The position numbers and the translations under genes are program-made. Under the pieces are notes generated by a model. The model worked only from the letters and a program-made list of their open reading frames with translations, had not been told where the DNA came from and searched no databases. From Azolla caroliniana (Eukaryota > Plantae > Polypodiophyta), in contig JBHGNT010000003.1 in NCBI GenBank assembly GCA_043228905.1, forward strand, positions 24,304,001 through 24,368,000: 64,000 nt of DNA. The letters run 5' to 3'. Below, piece after piece: positions 47,227 through 61,966 of this stretch (position 1 is the stretch's first letter; every line of letters starts with the position of its first letter).

Positions 47227-49059
47227 ACTTGGAATAACCAAACTTCAGTCAATAACAAGTGAATCTCTTTGTCTCTCTACATGCAAAAAGTGGTCATATA
47301 TATATATATATAGTTATTCTTATAGATATAATAATAACTAGAAAGACAATGTTGGTGATCAAGAGTTATAGGATGCAATACCTTATGGCCAACTTATACC
47401 ATACACAACAAAAAAGAATGTTCAAAAGGTAGCGTTGCTTCGTGGTGATAAGATTATTTCAAGAATAAAACAAACAAAATGGAATACTAGAAACACAATA
47501 TTAGCAAATGAGAATACCAGTGGCTTGCAATGAAAAACAATGCATAACAAAACGAATGCACATACGTTATTGCTAGAGAATACTAGGTCCGAACATAGCA
47601 TCAAAACATTTAACAAACCAAATGAAAATAATGAGGATATGATATTAATAAGAGCACTTTTAGATTTTTAACTATATGTTGTATGACATTACAAACAAAA
47701 AAGAACATTAAAAAGATACACATAATATGTGATCCCGTAAGCACCTTTGCCTCTTCCATTTCTCTCTCTTTGGACATTACAATGACGAAAAAGTTTTTAG
47801 TTCACTATCAAGCTTTTGTTTATGAATTACAATAGCAATGAATGTTATTAGTTACCAAGATTTGGTATTTCACAAACTTGTTTGGATCCTCTTGTGGCAA
47901 ATATAACATAATTTGAAATGAAGCATAGTTTTGTTTTTTGCTAAGTTCAAACCCGAGGAAATGTTAGCCTTACACTCCACACAACAATTTACTATGCGCT
48001 AACGTTTCACCCTATACAAAACATAATTGTTCTCACATATACCATATGAACTCAATCTACCTACTAATTAAAAGCATGACATATTTTCTTCTTTGAATAG
48101 TCTTATAGCCAACTAACCTAAAGTCACTTGGTGTCTTGCTCCCCCTCCCTCTACCTCGAACCCAACCCAAACCCAAACCCAAACCCAAATCACCTCTAAT
48201 TTCAATCATTTTTGTCTCTCATGAATGTGCCTAGCTACAAACCCTAAAGTGGATTGTGTTGTTAAACACCAGTTTGACAAATATATGTTTTTTCTCCTCT
48301 CTATCCCCTTTCTGAAGATTGTAATGTTCTTTTTTTAATAAATATACAAGAGTATTAATACACCTTGTCTCACACAATTGTGCAATTATTTAAAGTTATT
48401 ATTATTTAAAAAGAGTTCACATATTCAATTCATGCAAAAAATCCTTCAAAGCCTTTTGAGAGGTGAGAACAAAAATGGCACCTAACCTTTTCTTGTTGGT
48501 TAAACTACTTTCACAAAACCTCCTCGCAATCAAGAGAAATGTGTTTCTTTTGGAAATTTTGAACATGATCGGTTTATTACAACAAAAGTTGTGTGGGTAG
48601 TAAACAATAAAAGGTAAGAAGAAGAAGAAAATTAATTAAAAGGTAAGAAGAATATCATGGTTTATGAGCCTCGTTGTTGGTTTTTGGTGAGTATTGTTAA
48701 TACAAATGCAACATATAATACATGTGGTCATGCATCATATGACATTAGCTTGAAATACATGTTGCAACATACATATATAATTCATTGCTTTTGGGTCACA
48801 TGTTTATAACAAATTACAATAAGAAAAATATATGTAGTCTTTGCTCTTATGTCTAAAGAATTGGCAATACAAATAAATTCCAACCTATGTTGCATAACCA
48901 AAGTCACCATTTCAATTCGTGGGATGCCATTTCAGTTTTTTTTGTTCAACAATAATGCTTGTAAATTCCGTATGAATGCACATTGTAATAAATAGCAAAG
49001 ACAAAACTCAAGAGAGTGGTTATATCCATAATCCCACCATTGAATAAACTCTCATTTTA

Positions 49060-49241
49060 TAGACGGTATTTTGGTAAGGTGGAGTGGTTCTACTCAACAC
49101 CAAAGTGTTTATTCAAGCCAATGGTTAGACTTTAGAAAAATATAGGGGATCGGTATAGCTTGTATGTTTAGCCTTATGGCGGTTTTCTAATACTAATGTA
49201 GTATCTTTTTTTTTGAAAAAAAAAAGAAGAAAGAAAAAAAA
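49060..49241 (+). mobile_element. Short retroposed insertion (5'-truncated LINE 3' end or SINE) with A-rich tail and 18-bp TSD
   Basis: GAATAAACTCTCATTTTA at 49042-49059 and 49242-49259 flanks 182 bp ending TTTTTTTTTGAAAAAAAAAAGAAGAAAGAAAAAAAA. Confidence 0.85.
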
Positions 49242-50280
49242 GAATAAACTCTCATTTTAATGATGAAGTGCTCAAAATTGATGGATGAAAATACATTACC
49301 TACTAGAACATTTAATGATGATATGATATCAACAAGTTTTGTTTAACACCTAATTCAATCTACAAAAAGTCCTAACATAGAACATGGCGGTATTTGGAAT
49401 AATAGTTGTATTAGGAGATGTAAGCACAACCTGGGCAGTGGGCATAATGGCAAAGATTAGAAGTCTCCATTATGGATTGGATGAGAATGAAATAGGTGAC
49501 CAATTATGAAGATACAAATTGGAGCTATACCATTCTCTAGATTTTATGACACAATATCATCAATGATCATGATATGGTTATAGACATGAATTTCCATGAT
49601 TTGTTTACCATATGTATATAATATATTTCTATTGTCCGGTATTAAGAGAATATTGGAGTGTATTCTGTTGTACCTTTGTGCCACCTTTTTAGCAAGCACA
49701 AGCCTTCATGCATGTATGCATGCATTAGTTGGTAGCCAAACCAACCCAAATGGGTATCTATGTATCAACTATTAATAAAGCAGGAAGTAAGGAGCAAGGC
49801 ATAATAGTTTGGATTCTCTTTATGTGCATTTCAGAGTATAACCTATTGAGTGCGAATTGGTTGACATTAGATATTACGTATTCACAGTTTCCAATTTTGG
49901 CAAACCATATATGATATATGTACTCTTGCATTTAAATTTTGTTTTCCATTTTGGGTAACTAAGCAAGTGAGCAAAAATTGTTCTTTAACACCATGATATT
50001 TTGAGGAGTAGATTATTTCAATGTTCGCACATGCACATGCACACGCGTACAAACTAAATGCTCATCAATTTCCCACGTCCTCAATGTGTGCGTGACATGT
50101 CCAAAGGTGAGGCATGCGTCTATATCCATGTTGTGGTGTCATTGAACAAACCCATGTGATAGAAATGACATATACGAGTCCCAATTTAACAATTCCCAAT
50201 AATATGGGTTCTCTAGGTATCATTCATATATCTCCAATGAGAACTCATGTTTGAGCACCAGGTTTCTCTCACTTCAAGAA

Positions 50281-50755
50281 TAGCAATGGGCATGATTTCG
50301 GCTCAAACCGAATTGAACCATTAAGCCATGGTTTAATGGTTGATTGGTTCCCAACAAAATTAATGGTTTGGTTTGGTTCTAAAACTTGGGTTTATTAGTT
50401 TATAGGTAAAAATGGTTTGGTTCAAGGTTTTTCGGTTAACTATTTTTTTACCTTAATAGTCTAATTAAGAAATTTTTTTATTTAATAGATTTAACTTAAC
50501 TACTTATTTAATTTAATGTATTTTTGTTTATTTAAAATTTTAATTAGTTTGATTTAAATGATTAAGTTAAATTTTTTTATTAACTGGTTTGGTTTGGTTT
50601 CAACTTTTCCCTAAATGGTTTGGTAAATGGTTAGGTTTAAATAGCTCGAGAGTTCATACATAGTTTGGTTTGGTTTTTGTTTTATATAAATGGTTCGGTT
50701 CGGTTTCAAGGCAAATAAACTAAATCGAACCGAAACCAACCCGTCCCTATTGCTA
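50281..50755. mobile_element. Non-autonomous hAT-type MITE
   Basis: TIR TAGCAAT(G/A)GG, 8-bp TSD TTCA(A/T)GAA (50273-50280 and 50756-50763, 7/8), and multiple GGTTT/AAACCG motifs. Confidence 0.8.
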
Positions 50756-53072
50756 TTCATGAAGTCAAATGAAGGATAAGCATTGGAACATACTTGAAGA
50801 CAAGGAATTTGCTATGGGCATATATTGAGGTCGAAATGGGGATGCTAATTTATTATAAATAAATAAATAAGGAAAGATAATTATCTTCGAGGTTTGAGAC
50901 AACCTATCATATTCAACAACACATAGGCACCTATTTGGTGGTGGAGGAGCCTTAAGATATCAATATGGGACAAATTACCTCATTTTATCTTCTAATTTGT
51001 GAGACCCAAAGATTTTCGTGGTTTGGCAAAGTTCTTGTACTGAAGTAGTGATCATCTAATCCAAGTCGAAGTACATCTCTACACCATATGCAATGGTATG
51101 GATGTTGTAAGGGTTTAAGGATCATTGGAGTCCTTAGATCGAGGGAGGTTGTGAGGAATCGTGTACTCTTTTTTTATTTCGCAATATTGTCATTAATTTG
51201 ATCTAATCATAACAATCTCCTTGTATCCAATTTAGGCGATCAATATATGCAATTACCATTGTCACCTAATTCAATATTTGCATGGTGAACTCAAATGTGT
51301 TGCACATGAAATATTATATGGGAAGTGTCCTCCTTCGAATAAACATATTTGTATGCAATAGGTCATCGAAATGGTTTATTGCTAGTCACAATTTGGAAAT
51401 TCAATTATATATTGATAACGTTACACCTAGACCTACCTTAACAAGTAGGATGAAATGATGATATTTTCATTTTGTAGAAAATTGAGGAGTTAAAGGCATG
51501 ACGTTGGAATTAGTTAAGGAGAGTGTGAACATCTACTTATCCGTGAAAAGAGAGGGGATTCTCGTGACTTTGTTTGTGTAGTTGGTTTTCAATTTCCCAT
51601 AGACATTTAGTTGAAGGAACATGACATTGTCTATATGCCACAATACTTGCAAGAGAAAAGATGGATGCATCATTTACAAACATGACCAAAGGGGAGGGTA
51701 AGTATTTTAGACGTCAGCAACAATGACAAAAAGTTTTACTAGTCAACAAAGAATTTCTAAGTGACTCGTAAATGATTCAAAACAACGACATTGCAAAATC
51801 TACCTCAAACTTGATAATGATATTCACAAATCAATTTAGAGGGATGATATAATGCACACCACAACGGAGAACAAAAAGAACTTGTTTATAGCATACGGTT
51901 TCCATAAACAATCAAATCGTAACTCATATTATTGAGGGTAATTCATTGATAATACATGTTGATCTGACACAAATGTTTTGAGGGATTATGCCTATATTGT
52001 ATGAACCCATACATAGAAACAATACTTTCTCGTAGACAAAACCCATAGATATACAAAAATCCTCTAGATTTATGCCTCAACATGGGATAAGCCATGTTTC
52101 ATAGGTCACATTTCGTGTCTCATGGAAAAAAAAAAAGAAATCTATCTTAACATCTATACAAATGAAGTAGAGCTACACATGAGGCATGATGTTATTACAT
52201 TTCAAACTCATGCAAAAACTTACAATGTTACTTTAGTATGTAGAAAGTGTCTATATTGGTTCAAAACTAATCAAATCCCTCAATGTCAATAACTCAAGAC
52301 AAGTATTATATATAATATTGCCAAAGGATTTGGTAACTTTGTGATGATGTACATAGTCAGACTTATAAATATCAATTGTACCTATAAACATTGACACTTT
52401 CCTCAAGTGATTGCATGCTTTTGCAACTATACACAAACATACATACAATATACCTACATATATGTAGTCAATTAGAGCTACATTGAATTGGATACTAACC
52501 ATTGATATCAGCAATAGCTATGAAGTGAATATCAACCACTTCATGCACCCACCTAGTATCATTATAGAAACAAGGAAACACACCAATAACTTTGTAGATA
52601 TTTACTAGGACACCTTGGTTTTCAAAATTTACGAAACTATCCCTGAGTTTTGCAAAATCTGCAAAAAACTGCCATTTCTTATAGAAAGAAAAAAGAAAAG
52701 GAGAACGCAAAAAACTGAAGAAAAAAAGAAAAAACAAAAAGCGAACGCAAAAGCAAAAAGCAAAAAGAAAAGCACAAAGCAAAAAGAAAAAACAGAAAAA
52801 GGACAGAAATAAAAAGCACAAGACAAAAAGGAAAAAAAAGAAAAAAGAATATAAACAAAAAACATTGAAGGCGGGATATAATATTTCAAATTTGACGAAT
52901 ATTTATCTTAATCTCCGTAAGTCCTGTTAATTAGGGTTTCCTTTTGAAGAGATCTTCTTCTTCCTTTCCTGAGAATTGGAGTTTCCTTACGAAGCTCAAT
53001 TCTTCTTCTTCATCAATCGAGCAGTTCATTTTCTTGATATGGTTGAGATGTAAATACCAACTTTATCTCTCT

Positions 53073-53107
<35 letters not shown>

Positions 53108-53109
53108 AT

Positions 53110-56100
53110 ATGGCTGAGGCTGCAGTTCTTCCTTCTAACAAAGAAATGATTTTCGCCAATCCTATCGGGAAAAGAAAGACGCCATCAGAACTTCGTGTGA
53201 GAATTTTGTTTTTCTTTTAAACTACTCTTTGAATTGGTTTTCCCACTTTTGATTTGCACGAACAATTTCATTTGTTTTTTATATTGTCTTCATGTCGTTT
53301 TTTACTGTTTCATTCTTTGCATTTTTATAGTAGTTTTTTTCTTGTCATGTTTTGATGTATATGTAAAAATTCATTGTTCTTGTTTTCAAATCCAATTATC
53401 TCTGCCTCATTCTTTCGACTTGATTATTCTTTTTTGCCACATCTATACATTTATGGTAAGACTCATAGTTGTTGTTGGAATGTTCTTGTTTCTAATTTCT
53501 CCTTTGCGGTTAAAACAGGTTTATTTGTCGTGTCTAGATCTGTGTGAAAAGGTTAAGTTGACATGGTTTGGAATTTAATTTGTTTCTGATTGATTCATTG
53601 CAGTCAGAGCAGCTCAAACGTCTGCAAAATGATCAGGATCAGACTGCCAGCTCAACTGGAAGGTTTGATCCAGATCTATTTCTTTCTGTCTATTTCAACA
53701 TGCTTTCTTGCTATCTGATCGATTTAAGTTCCATAAGCATGTATGCATGAAAAATTGTAATGTTCAAGAAAAACCTGAACTCAATGAATTTTGCATTCAC
53801 ACCGTTTGAATACCAAATATAAATTTAGGAAATGGAGTAAAATGAATGTCATGTCAACCTATACAAATTACTCGATTCATAATTTGCAGTGGCATCGTTT
53901 GCAACCTACGCGTTCATGACAAGCAATGTTCAAAATTTGAGTGAAAAATTCTCTTGCATCATTTGAAAATCCAATTTTTTTGAAACGTTTATAATCAAAA
54001 GCTTTAAACTTGTGGATATTTAGTAATAGATCATTCAAAATGCACACACGTAAACAACTTGAAGTGTCTGGAAACACAGAGGTAATGGGATTTGTGTTTG
54101 CATTACTTGAAAACCTCCTTTAATATTGAAGTTAAAAGCCCAAAATCTTCCAGAATATTTAGATGTTTGAATAAACCCCATATGGTTTTGATTTACCGTG
54201 TAATAAATAACTAGGTAATCAGTATTTCATGCGTTATGAACTGGTTGTCTGGAAAAAATTCTTAACTTGTCCAGGTTTCCCTTCATGTACGTCACAATGA
54301 GAAATTATGAATAAACTGCCTCAAGTGAGGAATTTAGTTAGAAAAAAGTTTAATTGGATTGAACTTGTTACCTTTCTAAATATGTCTTCCTGAAAGTTTC
54401 AAAAATTGAAGTGGACTATTCGTGAATAGATGGTGACATTTAACCTAAACAGTTATCAAGGCTAGGGCTACAAATCTCAGTATATCTGTGGATAACCTGT
54501 GGATGGATGCAACGTTGGTGGCTATGTATTAGACATAAATCCTAGTGATTGCAGACACATAGACTCTAGAAAGCTAGTTACACTATTGCATGACCTTTAT
54601 TGTTTGTGTCGTTCTTCAAGCTCTCCAATCATGGATATTTTGTTTCTTTCTTTTTAATATGAAAAAGCTTCTAATTCAGGGAGTCTATCTGAGCACCTCC
54701 TGTCTGTATTGATGTTTCAAGGCTTTTACTTCCCTCAGATTTTGCAAGCAGAGTTCATGTTATAGGAAGTGTCTTTAGCGCTAGTCCTTGATATCTGTGC
54801 ATATAGAGTTAGATCATCTATTATAAGAGTAGTAGTTGAATATGGCAATTTCTTCATCCTCTTATCGCTAGAGAGTGTCTACGATGATGAGGAGACAAAG
54901 GTCTCCCTTGGGGAGAATGCTGATGCTGATTAAATTGCGATCTTGCATCTATTGAACATCTATTGGCAAATGGCCATTGTTAGTTGTAACCTTAATAAAT
55001 GTGCATAAGGTGCACATGCTTTAATAATTTATAAATATATTCTAATCATGTAAATATTTTTCCCTTTTTGTTTCCTTGATTTGGGAAACTTGTTATCTTT
55101 GTTTCTGGTGCCTGGTGGCTACTATGCATATTAGTGATGGTCATGGATGATCATCACTATTGTAATTTGTGCACATTGGAACCCAAGGTATGTCCAATCT
55201 TTTCCCCTTTGTGCCATATTGGATGATATGTCCATCTCTATACATGGCTTATGGGCTTGGAGGATAAGGGTTTGGCAATTGGTAGTGAGCTAGACTCTGG
55301 CTTTCTACATCAAAATTACCGTTAATTTACTATGTTTAGGGGGTTAGTTTATTCAGTAGGAGAGTGTGGTCCTAACACTGCTCTCAATAAACCTTGGACT
55401 CTGCAATTTCAGATCTATGGTGCAGAGAAAGCAAGAAAACTTGAAGTCTACACGGTTTGTAGATACTCGTGTCCCTGATATTTATGCTGCTACTAAGCCA
55501 GGTGATAGATCAAACAAGTTTCTGATGAAAGATAAGAAGGTTTGTACACCGGTTTTCTTTTGCTGAGAAAGTTACGGAAAGGATTTTGTTTTAACCAGAC
55601 CAGTGCTATCCACAGGATTTGCCCCTCTTTCCTCAGAAATTTGGAGAACAGGAAAATAAAGACAAAGTTGTACCTTATTGTAACAAATCCTCAGAGAGGT
55701 TTGATTGATTTGATCTTTTAGGTTATATATACACCACAGACACTTCAAACATTCTTTTGTTTTCTTTTTGGAAGATGGTGGCAATCATGCCGAGGATACA
55801 CGTTGAACTTCTAAAATTACCATTTGGAATTTTATAGGAAGAAAGTGGAGCAACTTCATAATGAAGATGTTGATGATAGTCCAAAGATTGCCAGTGCAAG
55901 TGGAAGTCTTAATCATCGAACATCTTTCAACACTTTTCGAGATGTTACTCAAATTTCTTCTTCATTACAAGGAAGCAACACAGGACTTACTGTGGATATG
56001 GTAGGTTTTCGGTACATTAGCACCATTTTCATTTTATCGTGTAAATTGTTATGTCCCTTTTTGTTATCATGATTCATGTAATTTCTGGCTAACATGTTAT

Positions 56101-59100
56101 GTGTGTTAAAAAATAAAGGATAAGAAGCGTAATAACTGGATGATTGTCTTTCCATAAAGTGGTGCAGGTTAAAGCTTTCAAAGGCATGTCTGCGCCAAAA
56201 GTAGCAAATTTAAACAATAAAACGGCTGGCTTACAAGGGTTGCAAGGAGCTCATCTGTCAAATTCTGAAAGCCAATTCACTGCATCATTGCTTTGCATTC
56301 AAGAAGAAAAATACCCTCTTGATTTGAGCCTTAAAACAACAATCAGATTCACTTCAAACATGTCATTTGAGAGGTCAGATCAATGTTTATATACCTATTT
56401 CTCTCAAGCTATCAATGTTTATGAAATGAAATATGATCTTTCAATTTCTTCATTTGCATTTTCTCTATTTGACTAGCAGGAATTAAGTTTTAATCTCTCC
56501 TTTTGCTCTTTATTCATAATTTGTAAAGCCTGAACTCTTTTGGTTGTAGCATGATATGCATGCATGCATAGGTTGATCCATGCGTGAAATTCGAGAATGA
56601 AAAAGCCTTTCTGGAAAAAAAAGAGAATGAAAAAATGCCCCAAGAATATTATAAAACCATTCGTTTTAAATTTATATAATAAAAATGATTTAATTCACTA
56701 AAACATTAATTAAATCACTAAGACAATATTTAATTTACTAGTATCTTAATAATGAATTAATTCACTAATAATTAATTAGTTCATTAATATAATAATTAAT
56801 CTAGTAATACATTAATCAATTAATTCACTTATACATTAATTAATTTACTAACACATTACTTAATTCATTGAAAAATATTAATTAATTACTAATAATCAAC
56901 TAATTCATTAATAATTAATTAATTAGGGTTTCGGCTAAACTTAGGGTTTCAGTGAAACCCTGAGTTTGCAACCGAGAACAGGATGTAGGATTAGCGTAGA
57001 GCATGAGAGGGAGGCGAGGATGCAGGCCGAAAAGAAGAAATACTGCCGAAATTAGGATTTTGACTGAAATTAGGGTTTCATCCGAAACCTTAAGTTTTTG
57101 GCCGAGAACAGGATGTAGAGGGAGGTGAGGGTAACCGTGCACAGGGAACAGGGTGAGGCTCCTCGCTTGCTGCTTGCTGTTCACTCGCTCGCTCGCACAA
57201 TCTTTTTTCTAAAACAGAAAGAAAACGAATACATTTACATGTATTCATATTTGCATTCGTGGGGCAGGCCCCACGAATGCGAATATGTCAATCTATGCAT
57301 GAATGTTTTTACGAGACTCTCTCTCTCTACTGGTACCCACCTATGTATATACATCTTGAATGAGTTGATAAGGAGGTAAATAAGCTGGTAGCTATGTGAT
57401 TCACCTATATAATATAGACATGCACACATAGAAATGTTCTAAAAGGGTAGATAAGGAAATATCATGGCTTCTAGTTATATGGTTCACCAGCATGATACAT
57501 TTGTATTTATGTGCGATTGCTATTATCATCATTGACAAAAGATTGGGGATCTGATATTGGGACATGCTTGCAAGGTTTAAAGGGTGCATTATAAATAGGG
57601 AAAGACACCACATTATGCCTTATTTTTTAATTGTTTACTAGAATATCCACAAGTTTTTGAAAAATCGTTGGAATATCCCCTTACATAAATTAAGCTAATC
57701 CTAAGATTTAGATTAATTTGAGCGTTGATGATGGATTCTCCAAATGATGTTGTTGAAGTTCTGAAAGATCAATTACATGGTCAATTTGCCTCTTTTTCTG
57801 GAAGCTGATCAAAGGGCCCTGTGGAATGAAAAAGAAATCAGCAGGGGAATCTCAAAGTTTTTTCAAAATTACTCTATAAACATTAATTGGTTGCTCTTGT
57901 GAATGCATTTTCATTAAGGTTTGATGGGCTGATTCAATCATAGCTCTGATATTATTACAGGTTCCAACGAGTTACAAATAAGGAGATGTTTACAGGAATG
58001 CAGAGTTTTGTTGGTGCAACAATGAGAGGGGACAAACGTTGTAATAAAGAGACAACAAATAGTTTGTCTGAATGCAAGATAGGAATGTCTTTCGTAGAAG
58101 CATTACATTCATGGGTTCATCCTCAATCTGCTCTGCCACCTTTGGTGCTATCTGCATTGGCGTCTTCTGCTGCTCATGGAGGAACAGCTGGTAAAGATTG
58201 CAATCTATCTTGCCTGTTTCTGTCAAGTAAAAAGTGATAATTAGGGGAATATACCAAAATATGCCTCAATTTCCACAAAATTCCCCAAATAACTCTCAGT
58301 CTTTCAATATCCCTGAATCAGAGTACCCCTCATTTTGCAGAATACTGAAAAATCATTCTCCTCTCTCTCAGATGCAATCAGCATACTTTGTCATTACTGT
58401 GATCCATGACACCACACAATGTTGGAGATTATGCCTCGTGTCATCACACCAAACAACTTTGGACACCATTTGCCATAGTGCTATTCTTCCCATGAGTAGT
58501 AATTATGCACTTAATGCTTGAAAGATTATTATCAATTGTGAAGCCAGCTCAATGATGGTCATTAGCATAGACCTCTGGGAAAAAATAATTTTTGTTTCTC
58601 TGAACCTTAGCATGAAACTTTAAGAATCATTTACTCCATTTTTTCATGAATAGATAACCGAAGTTACCCATACTTGTTATTATGGTTTGTTTCATGGAAT
58701 GATTTTGGCCTCCAGTAGATCTTAATTATCTTTTTTTTCTCTGTCAAGAAATTGCAGAGGAAGAAAGAGATGTTATTGTCTTTTAAGAGTTCAAAATGGT
58801 CTATGAGATGGAACAAGAGAGTACTTGCTTTAAGTTTTCTCATCTTGGAGAAAGATAAACCAAAATAAATATCATTCGAATGATAAAACTGCCTAAGATA
58901 CCAGATATTCTCATTAGCTAAGCACTTCTCGTTATTCTAGAATTTCAAAAATAGAATGGGCATTTTTGTGAACTATTAGGGTGTTTTGGTAAATTTCCGT
59001 CATACTAATTTCATCAGTGATGTTGTGTCAAGTTTTATTCTAACTTTTATGTTGAATTGGCACATAGAAAAGGAGTTCTTGTCTAAGAGGCAGCAAATGT

Positions 59101-61966
59101 GGGAAGATTCATTTCGATCTTTGTATTATATGTTCAGAAATGGGCAGTGTGACTTATTCTATTGTAAGAAACGCTGCAGCGTATCATATTCTTAATTTAT
59201 GATTTATTATATATTAAAGTTCTTTAACTGGGAAGTGTTGTGCAGTTTACACCCACCAGTTCTATGCTATGTTCATAGGTGGAGGTATTAAAGGAGATAA
59301 GAAATCATGTAATGCGTATATCACAAGATCTACACGCGGTCTTCGCGCTCTTCTCCAAGAGCAGGTTAGTTTGCAATGGAACATTATGGGTGTGAATGTT
59401 CGTAGTGTTTATCAGATTTTTTTAAATTGACATATGGTTTTGGTTGCAGGATATCTCTTTCACTATGCCATTGTGCTTGACTAAAGTTGACACAACAATC
59501 GAGGAGATCCAAGAATTGACAGATTTTGAAAAGAGCAACCCAGGACAGGTGATTACATGAGAAAGAAGAAGAAACGAAAAATATATTAACATCTTTTAAG
59601 AGGCCAAAATGACCTATAAGACCTAATTAGCGATTACATCATAAAATGTTGTCTCTTCTTTGAGAACAACAATGTGTGTGCGCGTGAGATAGATAGGTAG
59701 GTAGGTAGTGTGTATTCTCGTTTTCGGAGGTCAAATATGACATATGAGACCAAAAATATTACATTTCACGTAATACATGTCAAAGTGAGTAACAACTCTC
59801 CATGTTCAAGAACTTTACCAATGAATGTTGCAAGTGAGAGTGCACATTGTGATTGGGTTTGGTCAAAGATGTGTGGAAAGCGTGGTCAAATATGATAAAA
59901 GGTAGAGCATTGTATCAAAGTGTGATACTTAGACTCTCGAACTTGTTTAGGGCAAAGTATGCATAGTCGACCACTGTCATCACTTTTGCTCCAATGCTCG
60001 TGTCACATTGCAATGCATGTGAGCTAAGTTGCATGGAAGCAATGGTTTGGATGTTAGACAATGGAATGGGCTCTAACATGTATTAATGTGTATGGTTTTC
60101 CCATTCTACGAAGAATATGGTTTTGTAGTTAGGTGCAACATATGGATGTAACTCATATTGGTAAGGTTGCCCAATGGAAACTAGGAGGTCATGGCTTCAA
60201 CCCCTACATTCCATAGTGGCATGTAGTAAATAAAGAGGATATGTATGGAGTAATAGAGAGGTGAGAAATTGGGTCTTGAACTGAAGACCAAGGGCTAGTA
60301 TTGTAACAAATTACCACTAGGGTAAGGTAATTAAGAGAGAGAGAGAGAGAGGTTTTCTCATGTTGTTTGATGCGAAGACAGTGGATGTATGCACCATTCA
60401 CACAGCTTGACTTGAGATTAGAGATGGATTTCGTTTTCCTCTTTCGAAGATATTGGGAATTGTATCATAATTGGGATACGACAATGCTTTTGTATTTGAT
60501 GGTAATAGAGTATATCTACGAATATTGATATGGCAGTTTTATTTATTGATGCAAATTAAAATTCTTTCCTTGGTAGAGTGTTTGTCTTGCCTATTAGCAA
60601 TTTAGCATGTCCCATTACTATGTAGCGGTGACACCACTCAATTGTGGTACCATTGTAGTGTTTTTCACAATTATTAATACAATTGCATGTTTTCTAAAAG
60701 AGAAATGTATTATGAAAAAAAAGGTAAGATGAATGAGATTTAGCGTTAGTAGCAATATTGTAAAATTGGTTGGCTTGGAAATAGGCATATGGGTAATTAA
60801 AATTACAACTGGTGTGATTTGGTATGGTTGTCTGCTGGAGGCAGAAAGTCATGTACTGAACTTCTACATTCTATACTTCTAGTTACCAAGAGTTGAACCC
60901 CAAGTCTATAGCTTATCGAAAGCAACTCCTTGTGTATGCTTTTGTATTTTATAACACAAAAATGATTATGAAAAGGAAAAAAGAATCAGAGAGATATTTT
61001 GGCAGACAAGGCTGGTTGATTCTATGGTTGCGGTTGACAGTAGTTCACAATCAATGTTGGCATTTAATGGTCACAGGAATGTTCATGGACTCTATGACTT
61101 TCTATTGAACCACAGGTTTGTGATATGTATAACTACATTAGGACAAGACCCTAAGGTTATGCCTCGTTCATTGTCTTAACAATATCTTTCTTTTGCATGC
61201 ATAGATGCCTACTAAGCTCAACAACAGGGCAAGATGTTCCAGTGCTTTACTCACCCATTTCCTTTCAAAATGCATCTCTTGTCACACCAGAGGTTTGATC
61301 CCATATAGAATTCTGTAATGTCTTTTCTGTCCACTATTCTGCCAGAAGCAAACCTGGTAAGCTTCACCCAAAATATGCAGGTGGTTTGCAAGCAACTACA
61401 CCGTACTTCAGAGAATGAACTATATGAAGCCACCGATACCCAATCTTTTACCAATAAGAGTTTTGTGTTAGAGTTGAGAGGAAGCATTTTACTCCCATGG
61501 GTTGTTTGGAGAGTCTCAGCAGTCATGCAAAAGTTTCACTCTGGAAATTTGGAGGCGAGGTATGATATTTCCTATTTATGCTTTGGAAGATACACAAAAT
61601 GACCAAGTTGTTTCTGGAAAATACCTGAGTTTAGTGTAATATGTAGTTATAATTCTCTAAAACCACGTTCAACTTCAAGCTACATATATACCCCTAATTA
61701 TGCAAGGTATTTTATTTTCTGACATTGCTTCAAAACTGTATGAAACTTTTTTTCGCAGTTTAATGACAGACCCTTTGTCAGGATGTCTGAACATAGCCCA
61801 AGATTTTGAAGCTACCGATGAGATTGAGCAAGAAGAGCACACTTCAGTGACAACTTTCCGAGATGAACTGAGAGGGTTGACCTTAACTTCAAGGATGAGA
61901 GCTGGTTATATAAAACATTTTAAGCTGTTGGAGGGGTCATTCGTGGTGGACCTGTCTGCTATCTGA
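53110..61966 (+). CDS. DONSON: Protein downstream neighbor of Son (DONSON) homologue, 14 exons, ~617 aa
   Basis: Exons 53110-53196, 53604-53662, 55413-55539, 55616-55698, 55838-56000, 56168-56373, 57961-58190, 59068-59163, 59246-59364, 59450-59548, 61006-61115, 61205-61292, 61381-61559, 61759-61966; phases are consistent. Motifs KRKTPSELR, PLDLSLKT..RF.S, LHSW.HPQS.LP, W.DSFRSLYYMFR, STRGLR.LL, VHGLYDFLLN, DVP.LYSP..FQNA, G.ILPW. Exon 4 was inferred from phase. Confidence 0.9.
56567..57297. mobile_element. Non-autonomous hAT-type element in DONSON intron 6
   Basis: TIR CATAG(G/A)TTGA and 8-bp TSD CATG(C/A)ATG (56559-56566 and 57298-57305). Internal ATTAATT-rich array, TAGGGTTTC motifs and a subterminal hairpin at 57249-57285. 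Confidence 0.7.
60143..60328 (+). mobile_element. Second, diverged copy of the tRNA-derived double-module repeat, in DONSON intron 10
   Basis: TTGGTAAGGTTGCCCAATGGA...GGTCATGG.TTCAACCCCTACATTCCA...TAATAGAGAGGTGAGAAA...TTAC.ACTAGGGTAAG is shared with 21428-21620. Confidence 0.8.

Noticed and set aside
48160-48190. Telomere-like repeat
   Set aside because: Only a few AAACCC units, not a TTTAGGG array.
52495-52889. Lys-rich and Phe-rich ORFs
   Set aside because: They are translations of an A-rich low-complexity tract upstream of DONSON.
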